This document shows positions 61,590-64,000 of a DNA stretch of 64,000 nt, piece after piece. Position 1 is the first letter of the stretch, and every line of letters begins with the position of its first letter. Origin of the DNA: Candidatus Saccharimonadales bacterium (GTDB taxonomy: Bacteria; Patescibacteriota; Saccharimonadia; Saccharimonadales; JAYRRP01). The stretch lies in the NCBI GenBank assembly GCA_041906765.1, contig JAYRIP010000008.1, forward strand, positions 2,898 to 66,897, in the 5' to 3' direction. The notes beneath the pieces were generated by a model. The model was not told where the DNA came from and searched no databases. It saw only the letters and a program-made list of their open reading frames with translations. A program made the position numbers and the translations under genes.

Positions 61590-63968
61590 TCACAGCACTG
61601 GCGGCAAGGCAGTGATGTAATCATATTTCTTCACTGATGCAGTGCCTGCGGGTAACGGACCTGGTGCCAGGTAGGTCTCAGGGCTAAAGCGGAAGACCTC
61701 GGCAGGTTTGCCGGGAGCAGTTACAGAATCACGCAAGGAGCCAAAGGTACGGAGAAACTTCACTTGACTGGCAATAAAGGTGCCGTTGACAGTGAGTTGT
61801 TTGTTGCAGGTAGTGTAAAGAGAACTTAGGCCAACAGGTAGGCGGGTCGCGGTGTTCGCACAGGTGTAAATTTTGCCAGTATTAGTGGGGTTAGCCGTGT
61901 CAGGTTGTGCAATATAAACACCGTCCAGCCGGTCTACGCCGGGAGCAACGTAGATATTTCCCTTAACAATCAGGTAGTAACTAGTCACTTGATTTTGGGC
62001 TGCCCAACTACCAGCGTTCGTATAAATAACATTATTCTCTATAAGAGCATCACCATTTACATACTCGACCTCGGAACTAACAATGTTGCGTGTACCGGCA
62101 CCGGACACTCTATACCCTGTCGGTTTTGGACTAGTTGCACTGGCAAAATAATCCGGCAAACAGTTTGCAACACCAAAGTTCCCTCCCCAGGCACTCGATG
62201 GTGAATTGGCAAAAGTGAGCCCTGTCGGTGGCATAGGTGCATTAGTTCGCAAAGCGGCCGAGGCAAACTCAGTAATCGGGCCCACCGCAAACACGCCAAG
62301 CTGGTTGCCTGCTCCAGGGCTGCCCGCCCCACCACGGTTATAGGCCATAATTTTTGCAGAGGAAACCGGGCCACTGCAGTTAAACCGGGATCCAGCCGTA
62401 ATATCGTTGCCAAAGAATGACACGTATGGTTTGCTGGCCACCGTCGCGCAGACCGGAGCTGTATCTGCAGATGCTCTAGTGATAGTCACCGGATTACCGC
62501 TACCATCAACCGTACCCTCGGCAGGCGCGACTCTCAGAGAGATGCAATACCTATCCCCTGCCTGCCAACCGCCAGGTGGAGCAGCCGTAATAACATCCGT
62601 GTAGATCCCGGAAGGTTTGGGGTTCTGACCATTCTCGAACTTGCGGCTGTCGTTAATGGCTGGTACCAGCGGTAAGTACGGACCCACACCGCCCTTTTGG
62701 TAGGTTATGCTGCGGGTTGACGTAGCTTGTACAGGTGTAGCAGTCGTGCCATTCACGTAACTGGTGAAGGTGATGGTGGTAGGATTTTCTTCGTCAGGCG
62801 TGGTGGGCGTTTGAGCAACGGGCGTAAGTTTAAAAGAGGTAGTGGTACAAACCACGAAATTGGTAGACCGGAGAGCAATCAGTGGATTAAGATTATCAAT
62901 TCTTCCGCCTCTATCTACCCCGATAGCATATAGATAAAACGTCCTTGGTCCTGTCCTGAACTGAGCCGGTATACTTGCCGGCGGAATCACAAACCCATGG
63001 TTGCCCGGCACCTTAAGCGCAGCATTTACATCTGGACGTGGCTGGTTTGCCACATAACCACCGACGATTTTAGCTCCAGGCGCGCCAGCCGGCGCATCAG
63101 CATATATATGAATCGCTATTTCAGTTCCAGGACTATCCATATCCAAAGCCCAGCCTTGAAAACCGCGTGGACAGTCTATGGCATCAAGTACTCCAAGGGC
63201 ACCCCAATTGGTCATTTCTATAAAAATTGGATACGAAATATTATGTCCCGGACAACCAAAAGGCGCAGCTCCACCTGCAATATGCTGCGTTCCACCGCTG
63301 GTAGCACACCATGTATCACCCCAGTTATTATGATAAGTTAACCACTCATGCACCGTGAAATTAATTGAGATATTCTTTGATCTAAACATCGGTGCCGGCG
63401 CAATGTAGTCGAACCATTGTGTACTGTACCAATAACGGCTATTAGGGTCTTTATTAGTTGCAACATTATACGCATCGCCTATTAAGTTCGGATTAACAAT
63501 TCCATCCGGAGCGGCCCAGCTATTACTCTTCCACCGATAATCTGTGCTCATACTCGCATTTGGCGTCTGCAAATCATCCGGCAACCCGGCGGCTCCCAAT
63601 GGTCCCCAAGTGCCATATGAATAATTTGTTCTGTCATGGCAGACAAAAATAAGGTAGTTGATCTGCAGCGGTACTACCTGCGTACCAGGGTAAACCTTCA
63701 CCGGACCACGATTCGCCGTATCTCCGCGCGGTGATATCCAGTCCACTAAAAAGTACTTCTCTGCCATTCCAGCGCACCTGCCTTCATAAGCATTAATAGC
63801 AGCTTTGATATCGTTAGGAATTCCGCGTGGATCAAAGGCGGCCGCAGGTCTGGGTTTCAGTATGCTAACGCCCATCATCACTAATATACTTAGAGCTGTA
63901 AGCTTAAAAGCAAATAAGAAGGTATGGTGAAGACCGCGTTGGTGTAGAGGGCTAACGTTCTGGCGCAT
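61590..63968 (-). CDS. large secreted protein, paralogue 1
   Basis: 792 aa with a signal peptide (..RPAAA/F), the module FQGWALDMDSPGTEIAIHIYADA...GNHGFVIPP...FYLYAIGVD, and a conserved C-terminal region ending ..ITALPPVL. Confidence 0.8.
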   Translation of the reverse strand: MRQNVSPLHQRGLHHTFLFAFKLTALSILVMMGVSILKPRPAAAFDPRGIPNDIKAAINAYEGRCAGMAEKYFLVDWISPRGDTANRGPVKVYPGTQVVPLQINYLIFVCHDRTNYSYGTWGPLGAAGLPDDLQTPNASMSTDYRWKSNSWAAPDGIVNPNLIGDAYNVATNKDPNSRYWYSTQWFDYIAPAPMFRSKNISINFTVHEWLTYHNNWGDTWCATSGGTQHIAGGAAPFGCPGHNISYPIFIEMTNWGALGVLDAIDCPRGFQGWALDMDSPGTEIAIHIYADAPAGAPGAKIVGGYVANQPRPDVNAALKVPGNHGFVIPPASIPAQFRTGPRTFYLYAIGVDRGGRIDNLNPLIALRSTNFVVCTTTSFKLTPVAQTPTTPDEENPTTITFTSYVNGTTATPVQATSTRSITYQKGGVGPYLPLVPAINDSRKFENGQNPKPSGIYTDVITAAPPGGWQAGDRYCISLRVAPAEGTVDGSGNPVTITRASADTAPVCATVASKPYVSFFGNDITAGSRFNCSGPVSSAKIMAYNRGGAGSPGAGNQLGVFAVGPITEFASAALRTNAPMPPTGLTFANSPSSAWGGNFGVANCLPDYFASATSPKPTGYRVSGAGTRNIVSSEVEYVNGDALIENNVIYTNAGSWAAQNQVTSYYLIVKGNIYVAPGVDRLDGVYIAQPDTANPTNTGKIYTCANTATRLPVGLSSLYTTCNKQLTVNGTFIASQVKFLRTFGSLRDSVTAPGKPAEVFRFSPETYLAPGPLPAGTASVKKYDYITALPPVL

Positions 63969-64000
63969 AACGTGGTGTTACCTTCATATTTTCTCTTGCT

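Noticed and set aside
45194-61610. CRISPR array
   Set aside because: The three 34-39-bp palindromes are irregularly spaced (~900 and ~700 bp) and flank genes. The ~130-bp repeats at 58.4 and 61.5 kb are duplicated gene junctions. No regular repeat-spacer pattern occurs anywhere in the window.

Overview
This is a compact, gene-dense bacterial window read with the standard genetic code. GC content is roughly 45-50% by eye. The gene content points to a reduced-genome Gram-positive-type episymbiont, Saccharibacteria/CPR-like; that assignment is inference from content only. Supporting content is an LPXTG surface protein, giant surface proteins, a type IV pilus with no secretin, and few biosynthetic genes.

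Housekeeping genes:
- gyrB and a 5' partial gyrA
- comM/yifB
- infC-rpmI-rplT
- rnpB, which I recognised by hand
- rpmB, miaA, thrS, nrdR, ndk and a xerC/D-like recombinase
- six tRNA genes, all with encoded CCA: Pro-GGG, Val-GAC, Asp-GUC, Thr-CGU, Gly-CCC and Arg-CCU

The right third (42.2-54.4 kb, minus strand) is a complete type IV pilus locus. It carries pilM-N-O, pilB, pilT, pilC, pilA, pilD and four minor pilin-like genes. Three perfect 34-39 bp palindromes and an IS200-like Y1 (RAYT-type) transposase gene interrupt it.

Upstream of pilM (54.5-64 kb) are three paralogous large secreted proteins. They alternate with small membrane-anchored proteins, and a duplicated gene junction lies between two of the units.

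Most unusual observations:
1. A structured RNA element of about 130-150 nt occurs twice, at the tRNA-Pro and tRNA-Arg loci. Compensatory base changes support its fold. Each copy is bounded by partial tRNA copies, and tRNA-Val has a related scar.
2. The paralogous secreted-protein modules appear coupled to the pilus operon.
3. An orphan VirD4/TraG-like ATPase operon sits beside a 1.06 kb AT-rich non-coding gap. That gap holds two promoter-to-terminator units.
4. One protein is a candidate H-Y-E ADP-ribosyltransferase.

I found no CRISPR array and no rRNA gene.
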